The notes under the pieces are model-generated. The model worked only from the letters and a program-made list of their open reading frames with translations. It did no database searches and was not told the origin of the DNA. A DNA stretch of 64,000 nt from a virus (Duplodnaviria > Heunggongvirae > Uroviricota > Caudoviricetes), in the IMG/VR virus record IMGVR_UViG_3300017989_000062, positions 85,483-149,482 of that record. One strand, given 5' to 3'. Below are positions 46,403-56,160 of the stretch, in pieces. The translations under genes and the position numbers were made by a program. Numbering within the stretch: position 1 is the stretch's first letter; the number at the start of each line of letters is the position of its first letter.

Positions 46403-48082
46403 ATGGCTAAAGCAACTAGGTCTGTTAAATCACAAGCAGAATTTTATGTGCAAGAATATCTTAAATGTAAGAATTCATTTAAGTATTTTGTACCGAGATA
46501 CATCCTGCTTGAACTGACCGGTGGTGACCAACATTTTACTCCTTATGGTAAACAGTTTGAATTGATTGATTTAATTCTTTCTAATAAGTTTGTGCTTGTA
46601 TTGAAGAGTAGACAGATTGGTATTTCAACTGTTATGAAGGCATTTGTTGTTTGGTTAACTATATTTCATGATAACGTTGTAGTTGGAATTATTTCAAAGG
46701 ATGCTCCAGAAGCTACAGATTTTACTCGTGATATCATTTCAATGATTGAAAAACTTCCAACATGGTTACAGCCAAAATTCAAAAAGAATACCGAAAGAAC
46801 TTTTATTTTAGACAATGGATCTAAATGTTATGCTTCTCCGGTTGTTCCTAATGCTCCAGAAAAAACTCTTCGAGGTAAATCAATTACGTTCCTAGTTATT
46901 GACGAGGCCGCGTTTATTCATCATATTGACACAGCTTGGACTTCCATTATTCCTACTCTTTCAACAAATCAGATGCATGCTAGAAAAGCTGGAGTTCCTT
47001 ATGGAACTATTTTATTATCAACACCCAACAGAGCAGTTGGAGTCGGAGCATGGTTCTTTAAGAAGTATTCAGATGCAGTTTCTGGAGAAAGTACTTCTCT
47101 AACACCATTTGTAATTCATTGGAAAGATATACCAGAGTTAGCAGATGATCCTTATTGGTATAAAGGTATTTGTGATCTATTTGACAATGATCCTCGTAAA
47201 ATTGAACAGGAACTTGAACTAAAGTTTCTTAGTACTGAAGGTTCATTCTTTAGCGAAATCACTAGTGCTAAATTACAAGACGGTGTTAAGAAACCAATAG
47301 AGAAGTTTCATATTTTTAACGGCGAGATTTGGACATGGCAAGAACCAAATAGAAAACAATTCTATTTAACAGGAGTTGATACAGCGCCAGAACATGGACA
47401 CGATAAGTCAGCTATTGTTGTTTTCGATTATGAAACAATGGAACAAGTTTGGGAATTTAGTGCTAAATGTTCTGTAACTGACTTTATTAAAGTTGTCATG
47501 TTAGCTTGTACAAAATATCCAGGTCAGGTTATTATTGAATCCAATTCATATGGAAATCATGTCGTTGAAGCAATGTATCGATCTGAACATGCTCCAATGG
47601 TTTACAAAGAGAAAAGGGGACTCAATACTATTGTTCCTGGCCTCAGTACAAACGCTAAAACAAGACCACTAATGGTTGACTCGTTATATTCATTTGTAAC
47701 TGACTTTCCAGAAATAGTCAAATCTCAAAGATTAGCTTTAGAACTAATTGGTTTGATTACAAAACCCAACGGTAAAGTAGAAGCTGATCTTGGATGCCGA
47801 GACGACCTTGCAATTGCAACATCACTATGTACATACGTTCGTAAATATGATCCCCCTCTGTTAATTGATAAGGGTTTTACACATAGTGTACAAAAAGATT
47901 TTACTGATATCATGAGCACAAATACAGAGGAATTTTTTGGAACCATGACAAGTTCAAATGTAATGCGACATATTAAAGACCATAATATTGGTGGAATTAT
48001 TGATATTATGAGTTTTTATAATCTAAGTTCAGGAGTGGCTGAAGATGACAAAGAAGATGAAAACAACAGAACAGGAGCTTAA
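46403..48082 (+). CDS. terL: Terminase large subunit
   Basis: 'LKSRQIGISTVM' Walker-A-like. 'FLVIDEAAF' Walker B. A C-terminal nuclease region with conserved acidic residues. Confidence 0.8.
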   Translation: MAKATRSVKSQAEFYVQEYLKCKNSFKYFVPRYILLELTGGDQHFTPYGKQFELIDLILSNKFVLVLKSRQIGISTVMKAFVVWLTIFHDNVVVGIISKDAPEATDFTRDIISMIEKLPTWLQPKFKKNTERTFILDNGSKCYASPVVPNAPEKTLRGKSITFLVIDEAAFIHHIDTAWTSIIPTLSTNQMHARKAGVPYGTILLSTPNRAVGVGAWFFKKYSDAVSGESTSLTPFVIHWKDIPELADDPYWYKGICDLFDNDPRKIEQELELKFLSTEGSFFSEITSAKLQDGVKKPIEKFHIFNGEIWTWQEPNRKQFYLTGVDTAPEHGHDKSAIVVFDYETMEQVWEFSAKCSVTDFIKVVMLACTKYPGQVIIESNSYGNHVVEAMYRSEHAPMVYKEKRGLNTIVPGLSTNAKTRPLMVDSLYSFVTDFPEIVKSQRLALELIGLITKPNGKVEADLGCRDDLAIATSLCTYVRKYDPPLLIDKGFTHSVQKDFTDIMSTNTEEFFGTMTSSNVMRHIKDHNIGGIIDIMSFYNLSSGVAEDDKEDENNRTGA

Positions 48083-48950
48083 AGAACTCTTTGTTTTACC
48101 GTTTGGTCTGAAAAAGATTGCAACATTAGATGGTTTAGACTTATTCGGGTCTGACCGTTTAAATAAAAGTTTTGTGAAAACAATGAGTAAGACTGGACGA
48201 GGAAAAGCCATTGCTTCAACTATTGAATCTATGATAGCCAAACAACAATTCTTACCTGCTTTTGTTAGTAAAAACATTTTTGCTTTGATTAAACGTAAGG
48301 TATTTCCAGGTGGACTGCCAAAAGGTATAATGGGGTTCTATTCACTACGACATAAAGTTATTATGTTATGCTTGGATAACAATATTAAGTTTGGATTTGC
48401 AAATGATGATTGGATGGCTAGATTAACAATACATGAAGGAATGCATAAAATGGCTTCAGAGCATTCTTCTGCATTTATGTCATTTTTCAAAAAAGATTTA
48501 GAAGATTATTATGCAGCTTTGTTTACTCGTTTGTTTTCTTTAAAAACAAGACCAAAAGAAATGGATAAGATAGTAAAGTTTATTTTCTTTAAAGTTGAAC
48601 AAGGTCAGAAATGGCATGATAACTCTGTTATTATGTCTTACTATAAAATGCTGCAAACAACATTAAAGAAATATACAACTTTGCCTGATGAAGCATTTGA
48701 AGGAATGGTGAGGGACTATATTGTTACATGGAAAGTTTACGTTAAAGCACCTTATTTATTGTTTCAAAATATTCAAAAATATGCTCACATTCTAAGGCCA
48801 ATAGCATACGCATATAAAGACGTTTATGGTAAATTTGTAAACAGAAATTTTTACATACAAGAAATAGGAATACCTTCAGAAGTAATTGCTATTAGATCAG
48901 AAATCAAAGGGGATTCTCTGACTTATAAAGCATTTTCTAAACTAGGATAG
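48045..48950 (+). CDS. Hypothetical protein with an HExxH motif ('TIHEGMHKM')
   Basis: The HEGMH motif also occurs in the first ORF of the window. Confidence 0.4.
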   Translation: MTKKMKTTEQELKELFVLPFGLKKIATLDGLDLFGSDRLNKSFVKTMSKTGRGKAIASTIESMIAKQQFLPAFVSKNIFALIKRKVFPGGLPKGIMGFYSLRHKVIMLCLDNNIKFGFANDDWMARLTIHEGMHKMASEHSSAFMSFFKKDLEDYYAALFTRLFSLKTRPKEMDKIVKFIFFKVEQGQKWHDNSVIMSYYKMLQTTLKKYTTLPDEAFEGMVRDYIVTWKVYVKAPYLLFQNIQKYAHILRPIAYAYKDVYGKFVNRNFYIQEIGIPSEVIAIRSEIKGDSLTYKAFSKLG

Positions 48951-48962
48951 AGGTAAACTAGT

Positions 48963-51900
48963 ATGGCAAACAATGATGATATCTTAAAAGCGGCGGATCG
49001 AGAATCGAAAGAACGACTTCGCCAGATTGACATGGTTACATCAAATGTGTCCAAGTTGCGCGCCGAAATTAATCGAAAAATGACAGAGGTGGATCGCCGA
49101 TCCACTCAAATGTCTACGATGACTGATAGATCAATAGCAAAGTTAAGTACAGATCTTGGAACGATCAAGAAGGGAATGGCGAGACAGAATAGTGCTATTC
49201 AAACAATTGGAAATCAAAAAGGAATAAGAGAAGTTCAGACATCTGTTAATACAATGATGAAGACCATGAGTAAATCTGTTGATTATCTTGCTCGTGGTGT
49301 TAGAACTACATCAGCAGAAACTATGAGAATGACCAAAAACGCTATTGGTCAATATGGAAAAGCGATTAGTGAAGATATTAGTATAAACAAACAAAATACA
49401 ATTGCAATGGCGATGGCCAAATCATCTCCACTATTTGGTTACTTTGCATCAAAGTTTATGGAGACTGAGGTCTATTCTGAATTTACAGATAAAATTAAAC
49501 AAAAATTTAGTGACGCGTTTAAAGCTATTACTCCATTGTTTACAGGAATCTTTAGACAACTTGGAGAGAAACTTTCGAACCTCCGCTATCTATTTGCTAG
49601 AAAACCAAAAATTGAATACTCAGATGAATCCTTACGAGCGATGGGTAATGTTGCAGCAACTGTTCGAGGATATGGTGAAAAAGCTGCTGCTAGAAATAAT
49701 AAAAAGAAGAAGATTCCTCACCTTGCGTCCGGTGGTACGATTAAGAAATCAGGGTTAGCTAAAGTCCATAAAGGTGAAGTAGTAATGCCAATGGACGAAC
49801 TCCTGAGAGAAATTGATAGAAAAGCAGAACAGCAAGGGGATTCTAAACTTGCTAGAACTTTTATGGGCGGTTTGACCGTCATGTCTCAGGATATGGCCAA
49901 CATTGAAAAGTATGTTGCCAGAGCTGAGATGGAGAAGCCAAGAGAAAGAAAGGGACTTGCAAGAACGTTTGTAGACGCATTTAAGAAAGCCAAAGACTCT
50001 GATACTTTACAATGGCAAGAACGTCTTCTTAGAGCTACTCTTGAACTAAAAACAGAATTAGTTGGTTCAACTGATAGAATGAAGTTAGCATGGCAAGAAA
50101 CTCTTATTCAACATCCAACTTTTCGTAATATTCTTGCACTTACAAAAGGTTTACATGCAGCTTTCACACTTCCTCTGAGATATCTTTTCGCAGCTCGTGG
50201 TGGGTTCATGGGTCTGTGGAGAAAAGCAACCAGATCTAAAAACATATTTCAAAATATGGTTTCTGGTCTTGGATTGATGTACACTCAGTGGTCGCCTAAG
50301 TTTGATTTGATGGCGAAAAGTCTTTCTCAGTTGTCTGATGAGGAATATAAGAAAGCAGCTACAGATAAAACTCATACACAATTCGACAAGTTAAAAGCTT
50401 GGGTTGAAGGAAAAGAATCTCCAGGTGGTAAACCAAAGAAGTTTGGTGAAACACTTTTTACCGCGTATACTAGTTTCTTAGGTCTTGATAAAGCAGAACT
50501 TGATAAAGCAGGGATAACTACATTTTCTGATATGAACCCAAAGACGCTCATGGAGAAAGCTGGGGTTTCAAAGAAAGTTCTTCAAGAAAAATGGCGTCAA
50601 TCATTTAGAAAAACAGGTGCTGATGTAGCAACATCTGAAGCAAAAGCTAAATTAAATCCGTTAGCTGATGTTATTAAAGATAGAATTGATGACGTAGTTT
50701 TTGATGCAACATTTGCTCTAAAAGGAATTAAAAAGGGTGGTGTTGCAGGTGCCAAATTAAGAGCTCAAGCAGTTGGTACTAGAATAAAAGGTGTTGGTAG
50801 CAAAGTCAAACAAAAGATATCAGATGCTGATAAGAAAAAAATGGCTGTTCAAGCTGGAATTTTACTAGCTTCTGGTGGCTGGTCCACTGGTATGGGTCTT
50901 GTTGGTGAAGGTGGATCTTTTAATAAAGAAGAATGGGCGAGAAAGAAGCAATCAGTTAAAGATTTACCTGACACATTAAAGGGACTTCCAGAAGAATTTC
51001 GAAAAGACCCAAAAGGAATGTTGAAGAAATCTGGTAAGTTTGGATTGAATCATGGCTTGACAGCTTACATGCTTGGAAGTAGATTTTTACCCCGTGCTGC
51101 TAAGGGCGGAGTTATACATAAAACTGGAAAACTAATTGGACATAAGGGTGAAGTAATTTTACCTCTTAGAAAAGTTTTTGAACTTATAAATACATTTGCA
51201 CGCAGTACGTGGGCACTTGTTCAAAAACTTAACCCCTTAACAAAGCTTGGGGAGATTTTCAAAAAGGGACAATCTAAATTTCCATTTCAACTTAAAAGCA
51301 AATTAGCAGATTCTTCTAAAATTGGCACCAAGTTGATGGGAGTTTACTCTACCATTTTACAAAAGAAACATGAATTCTGGGCGAGAAGAACATGGAAGAA
51401 AGAAGTAAAATTACAAAAAGAAACTCTACGGGAAAGAGAAAGATTTGCAAGAAAATTTGAAAAAATTCGAGACAAGAGTGATACCATTTCTGAGAAGGCT
51501 AGAACCAAATTAGAAAAAAGATCTGAAAAGTTTTATGAAAGATCAGAAAATCTTAGAAATAAATCAGCAGAGAATACACAAAAGCGTCAAACGAGATGGG
51601 AAAAAATTAGAGCAAGAGTACAACAAAAGTTTGATGCTAAAGTAGACAGAATGCGTGAATATGCTGGCATGAAAGCAGCAAGAAAACAAGCAAAAGTACT
51701 TTCTAAATATGATCGATTAATGCATAAGGATCGAGTAACGTATGCAAAAAAAGCTCGAGATTACAAAAAACAACTAAACGATGAAATAATTGGAGAGGCT
51801 AAAGCTCTACAAAAACATCATCGTAGAACAATGACATTTTATAGAAGACTTCATGGCTGGTTTGCTGGTAGAGAAGAGCGACGCCAAAAAAGAATGGAGA

Positions 51901-53657
51901 AATCTCAACAAAAGATAGCGAACCAACGTGAAAAGATAATGAAGAAGACTGCTAAAATTAGAGAAAAAATTGAGAAAGACAAATTAAAATTTGCGTTAAA
52001 ACTTGAAAGAGCAAAGGCTAAGCAACAAGGTAAAGCTGCAAGAAGACTTCAAAAAATGAAGTTGAAATTAGATCTTCAAAAACAAAAAATACAAGCTAAG
52101 AAAGATCAGAAGAAAAATAGAATCAAATTGAAGTTAGATAGAGAAAGAATGAAGGTAGAAGCGATTCAGATGAAGAAAAAATGGAAGATTGAACGCGCTA
52201 ATATGAAAATAGAAACAAAGAAGATGAAGGAACAATTAAAAGAAGAAAAGAAGACATTGAAAAAAGAACGAAAGGCTGCTAGAAAAGAACGAAGACAAGC
52301 CAGAATGGAATATTGGTCAAAGAGATGGGAACAGATTAGAGAATTTCCTAAATCAGTAGAAAAGTTTAGAAGTGATGCAAGAAATGCAACAAGCAAGCAG
52401 TATAAAATATTAAAAGACCAAAGAGATAGTTTGTCCACCATCAGAGGTGTGCAATTAAAGATGAAAAAAGTATTTCCAACATTCACAAGAATGCTTGGAG
52501 GTATTGGTAAGGGTATAAAGAAACTAGGCGGCGGTTTTTTGAAATACTTAATGATGGGATTTAGTTTCTTATCAAAAATGGTAGGACCTGGAATCATTGC
52601 TCTAATTAAATGGCTTCCTGCTATAGCAATATCACTTGGTCAGAAAGCTCTTGGTGGTATTGGAAGTGCTGTAGGTGGGATTGGTAGTAGATTAGCCGCA
52701 GGTGGTGCCGGTGCGTTCGCGGGAGCTGCAGCAGGTGTTGGAGGTTTAGCCTGGGGCGCCATGGATGCTTACAAAGGTGTCGGTAAAGCTAAAGAGTGGG
52801 GTACATCAAAAACCGGAGCTGGTATTGGTGGTTTCCTTGGAGGAACAGAAGAGCAATTTTCTGCTGCTGGAGCAATGAAAGGCGCTGGAAAAGGCGCAAT
52901 GATTGGAGCAGGGATTGGAACACTAGTTGGTGGACCTTTTGGAACAGCTATTGGTGGAGCTATTGGAGCAATTGCTGGTGGTATTCTTGGTTTTGTCGGT
53001 GGTCAGAATATTGCTAAAGCGATGGATTGGATCGGAAATAAGATTAAATCTCTAGTTAAGGGTGTTGTATCATTCATTACTTGGCCGTATAGAATGATGT
53101 GGAAAGCATTGCAATGGGCGAAGGACAAAATGATCTCGGGTCTTTCAAAGATTCCTTTCATTGGAAAGTACATTAAGAAGTGGGCAGTAGGTGAAAAAAC
53201 CGACGACGAGAAATTTGAAGAAGCTAAAGGAAAGTGGGCGGAACGTAATAAAAATATAAAAACACCAACTATGCAACGAGGTGGTATTGTAAGACACCCA
53301 ACAAAAGCTAATCTTCATGGTGGAGAAGTAGTTGTTCCTCTCCCACCTGGAGTTGCAGAAACAATGGCGAGATCAGTTATGAGTCCTAGTGAACTTGCTA
53401 AAAGACAAGCTGGTATGGATATTGCAAGAACTAGAGCTGGAGTTAACCCACTATTAGCATCTGATGCTGCCACAAGAAACTCAATGGGACAAGGTAATGG
53501 AGCAGTTGTTACAAGCGTAAATAATATAGTTAGTGCAGTATCAGCAAATAATTCAACAGCGTCTACTACTGCCAATTCTGGTGTAGGTGGAGGCGCAGGA
53601 ATGATGAACGGTGGGATTGATTATGCATCACAAGTAGTAATGGGAGATATAGGATAA
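48963..53657 (+). CDS. Very large (1564 aa) coiled-coil protein with a Lys/Arg-rich low-complexity core and a Gly-zipper TM region; tape-measure-like
   Basis: Extended K/R/E coiled-coil region (about 51400-52330). 'GGxxG' repeats with hydrophobic helices at 52500-53000. Confidence 0.45.
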   Translation: MANNDDILKAADRESKERLRQIDMVTSNVSKLRAEINRKMTEVDRRSTQMSTMTDRSIAKLSTDLGTIKKGMARQNSAIQTIGNQKGIREVQTSVNTMMKTMSKSVDYLARGVRTTSAETMRMTKNAIGQYGKAISEDISINKQNTIAMAMAKSSPLFGYFASKFMETEVYSEFTDKIKQKFSDAFKAITPLFTGIFRQLGEKLSNLRYLFARKPKIEYSDESLRAMGNVAATVRGYGEKAAARNNKKKKIPHLASGGTIKKSGLAKVHKGEVVMPMDELLREIDRKAEQQGDSKLARTFMGGLTVMSQDMANIEKYVARAEMEKPRERKGLARTFVDAFKKAKDSDTLQWQERLLRATLELKTELVGSTDRMKLAWQETLIQHPTFRNILALTKGLHAAFTLPLRYLFAARGGFMGLWRKATRSKNIFQNMVSGLGLMYTQWSPKFDLMAKSLSQLSDEEYKKAATDKTHTQFDKLKAWVEGKESPGGKPKKFGETLFTAYTSFLGLDKAELDKAGITTFSDMNPKTLMEKAGVSKKVLQEKWRQSFRKTGADVATSEAKAKLNPLADVIKDRIDDVVFDATFALKGIKKGGVAGAKLRAQAVGTRIKGVGSKVKQKISDADKKKMAVQAGILLASGGWSTGMGLVGEGGSFNKEEWARKKQSVKDLPDTLKGLPEEFRKDPKGMLKKSGKFGLNHGLTAYMLGSRFLPRAAKGGVIHKTGKLIGHKGEVILPLRKVFELINTFARSTWALVQKLNPLTKLGEIFKKGQSKFPFQLKSKLADSSKIGTKLMGVYSTILQKKHEFWARRTWKKEVKLQKETLRERERFARKFEKIRDKSDTISEKARTKLEKRSEKFYERSENLRNKSAENTQKRQTRWEKIRARVQQKFDAKVDRMREYAGMKAARKQAKVLSKYDRLMHKDRVTYAKKARDYKKQLNDEIIGEAKALQKHHRRTMTFYRRLHGWFAGREERRQKRMEKSQQKIANQREKIMKKTAKIREKIEKDKLKFALKLERAKAKQQGKAARRLQKMKLKLDLQKQKIQAKKDQKKNRIKLKLDRERMKVEAIQMKKKWKIERANMKIETKKMKEQLKEEKKTLKKERKAARKERRQARMEYWSKRWEQIREFPKSVEKFRSDARNATSKQYKILKDQRDSLSTIRGVQLKMKKVFPTFTRMLGGIGKGIKKLGGGFLKYLMMGFSFLSKMVGPGIIALIKWLPAIAISLGQKALGGIGSAVGGIGSRLAAGGAGAFAGAAAGVGGLAWGAMDAYKGVGKAKEWGTSKTGAGIGGFLGGTEEQFSAAGAMKGAGKGAMIGAGIGTLVGGPFGTAIGGAIGAIAGGILGFVGGQNIAKAMDWIGNKIKSLVKGVVSFITWPYRMMWKALQWAKDKMISGLSKIPFIGKYIKKWAVGEKTDDEKFEEAKGKWAERNKNIKTPTMQRGGIVRHPTKANLHGGEVVVPLPPGVAETMARSVMSPSELAKRQAGMDIARTRAGVNPLLASDAATRNSMGQGNGAVVTSVNNIVSAVSANNSTASTTANSGVGGGAGMMNGGIDYASQVVMGDIG

Positions 53658-55021
53658 TGGCAACAACAGGACCTACTATAACATCAAAACATACAACAGA
53701 ACCTAAAGAACAACCTGGCGGATGGTCAAAAGATGACTGGGCGTTTCATCAAGCCAAACTCGCAGCTCGTGCAAGGATGAAGAAAGAAGAAGCTGCGGCT
53801 CGGGCAGCACGAGAAGGAAAAGGAACACCATTAGAATCAGTTTTGGGTCTTCCGCCTGGAAACTATACTACAGATGATGTGATTAAAGCTTCTATGCCCA
53901 TAGCGCGTATAACTCCTTGCGAGCCAGAATTTCAGCCAGGGTTTACATTATTTAAAATCGCACCGAAACAAAGGATGTATCTTGATCTTCTTGAATCTCA
54001 TGGGTTTACCACAAAAATGCCTCTACAGCTTGCATTCTTAGCGGACAGTTTTCCAACTGATACATTTTCTAATGAATACGGTGAAAGTTTTTTACAGAAA
54101 ACTACTGATGTTGCATCTTCAGCTGCTGGTGAAATTAATCAAATAATGGGAACTAAAAAAGCCACAGATGCGATGGACAAAATTACAAAAGCATTGGAAG
54201 GAACAAAGACAAAGAGTGCAGGAGTTAATGCCGTAGTCGGTGGAATTGGCTCTGCTCTAGATTTTACTAAATCTGGTCTTACCGGTCTTGGTAATATGCT
54301 GGCAAATAACACTGGTGGTTTCGGAGGGATGGCCAAAAGCGGAGCCAATCTTGTTGATAGAATGTTGGCTGGAGCAAGAGTTGACTTTCCTCAAGTATGG
54401 AAAAATAGTGGATTTGCTCCATCATATACTATGACTGTTAGATTGTATAATCCCAGTCCTGGTAATTTAGAATCTACTCGACGACATATTATTGGTCCTA
54501 TATGTGCTATCATGTTACTTGGTATTCCTAGAACGATAGATGGGAGTACATATAACTGGCCGTTTTTACATAAAATTCAAGCGCCAGGAATTTATAATCT
54601 AGACCCTGCTTTTATCACAAATATCACAGTTATTAAGGGTGGTGATCAACAATCTATTGGTTGGAATCAACGCTTAGCAATGGTAGATGTCAGAATTGAT
54701 TTTGGTAGCTTATACAATAGTATGATTGCTGGTGAGAAGTATGAATCTCAATCAAGACCAACACTTAAGAATTATCTTGCAGCATTAGAGGAACAAGAAG
54801 AAGTTGAAACGGGGTTGATGTATAAGAAAAGTATAGATCATAATTGGCCTAAATATGTACAAAACAATACTGCCGACAAAAATATGGCAAAGGTGTTGTC
54901 TAAACAAGATCCAGATCCAGAAACGACACCAGACAATCGAGTAGCGAGTTCTAAGAAAAACAAGGCTCTTGAACTAGCTTTAGCGGCAGAAGGTGCTGCA
55001 TTTGAACTTTATGCTGTTTAA
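53657..55021 (+). CDS. Hypothetical structural protein
   Basis: ORF with a start overlapping the upstream stop (ATAATGG). Confidence 0.45.
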   Translation: MATTGPTITSKHTTEPKEQPGGWSKDDWAFHQAKLAARARMKKEEAAARAAREGKGTPLESVLGLPPGNYTTDDVIKASMPIARITPCEPEFQPGFTLFKIAPKQRMYLDLLESHGFTTKMPLQLAFLADSFPTDTFSNEYGESFLQKTTDVASSAAGEINQIMGTKKATDAMDKITKALEGTKTKSAGVNAVVGGIGSALDFTKSGLTGLGNMLANNTGGFGGMAKSGANLVDRMLAGARVDFPQVWKNSGFAPSYTMTVRLYNPSPGNLESTRRHIIGPICAIMLLGIPRTIDGSTYNWPFLHKIQAPGIYNLDPAFITNITVIKGGDQQSIGWNQRLAMVDVRIDFGSLYNSMIAGEKYESQSRPTLKNYLAALEEQEEVETGLMYKKSIDHNWPKYVQNNTADKNMAKVLSKQDPDPETTPDNRVASSKKNKALELALAAEGAAFELYAV

Positions 55022-56160
55022 CTATACTTCTTTCTTTTATCTGCTGTTAGTCCACAAAGATCATTGCGTAGAATCATTGTGATGTATAGAGCGAGGTAGG
55101 AATTGATGGAGAATTTTGTTTGATTTGTTAAACTATCATATTTTTTATCGTAAGCTATTTCTTTCAATAACATCATGAGTAATTCATACACCTGTTGTTT
55201 AAAGTAAATTTGTTCTCTTGTTCGTTTAATACCCATAAGCTTCTTAACATATGGATAAAAACCCTTCCCACAAATAGCGTTTACATTCTTCAAATTCTTT
55301 AAAAACAACTGTAAACACATTCTGATATTGTCTGTATATTTGACATTACATAATTTAGCACTAAGCTGTGTTGCAAGAGCGGTGCTAATTTTGGTGTATT
55401 TCTTCGCATCCATTATTGCTTTTTTGTCAATTTCTTTATATACAGTTATTTTCTTCACAATATCATTAATAACATTTACATATCTTTCTTGTGATTGAGT
55501 TTGATATTGATTCTCATCTTCATTAGGTTCAGGTTCAGTTTTGATTCCCCCGCCTTTAGCTCCTTGATAATAAACAGATGCAAAGCTCTTAATGCTCTGA
55601 CTAATCCTTGTACGATATTCTGTAATAAATGCTGAAATTTTATCTCGATTTAGAGTTTCTAAACCAATGGTATGTCGTTTGATCATTGCTTTTGATAAGA
55701 AATAAATTCCATTACCAATAGTCTTCTCTCTAAAAAAGAGATGTGTTTTTGCTAGATGTTCAAGAGCGTATCGAAAATAATCATCATTACAATGTGGTAT
55801 TTGTCTATACATTAAATTCGCATATGTTCTAATCCCCATAAATAACATCATGGTTGGATAACTACCACGTTGTGATTTGTTAATTAGAAGATTATGCATA
55901 CAAAATACATAAAACATTGTAACACGGTCGGTCGGAAGTAATCTCGTTGCTTCAGGCATTCCCTTCCAGAATCTCTTCGGAAAAGGTCTTAAGTCTTCAT
56001 CTTTCAGTCCACAAATACTAAGAAACTCATGGTAATGTTTATGGTGAGCAGGGTAATAACAAGGCTCACTCATTCTCATTAGTTCCGTACCAGCGGTTTT
56101 ATTGAGATAACTCTTAAGCCGAGTATAATTTATATTTGCTTTTGATAGTAATATATCCAT
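55018..56160 (-). CDS. Hypothetical protein
   Basis: Minus-strand ORF, convergent with the previous gene with a 4-nt overlap. Confidence 0.45.
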   Translation of the reverse strand: MDILLSKANINYTRLKSYLNKTAGTELMRMSEPCYYPAHHKHYHEFLSICGLKDEDLRPFPKRFWKGMPEATRLLPTDRVTMFYVFCMHNLLINKSQRGSYPTMMLFMGIRTYANLMYRQIPHCNDDYFRYALEHLAKTHLFFREKTIGNGIYFLSKAMIKRHTIGLETLNRDKISAFITEYRTRISQSIKSFASVYYQGAKGGGIKTEPEPNEDENQYQTQSQERYVNVINDIVKKITVYKEIDKKAIMDAKKYTKISTALATQLSAKLCNVKYTDNIRMCLQLFLKNLKNVNAICGKGFYPYVKKLMGIKRTREQIYFKQQVYELLMMLLKEIAYDKKYDSLTNQTKFSINSYLALYITMILRNDLCGLTADKRKKYS

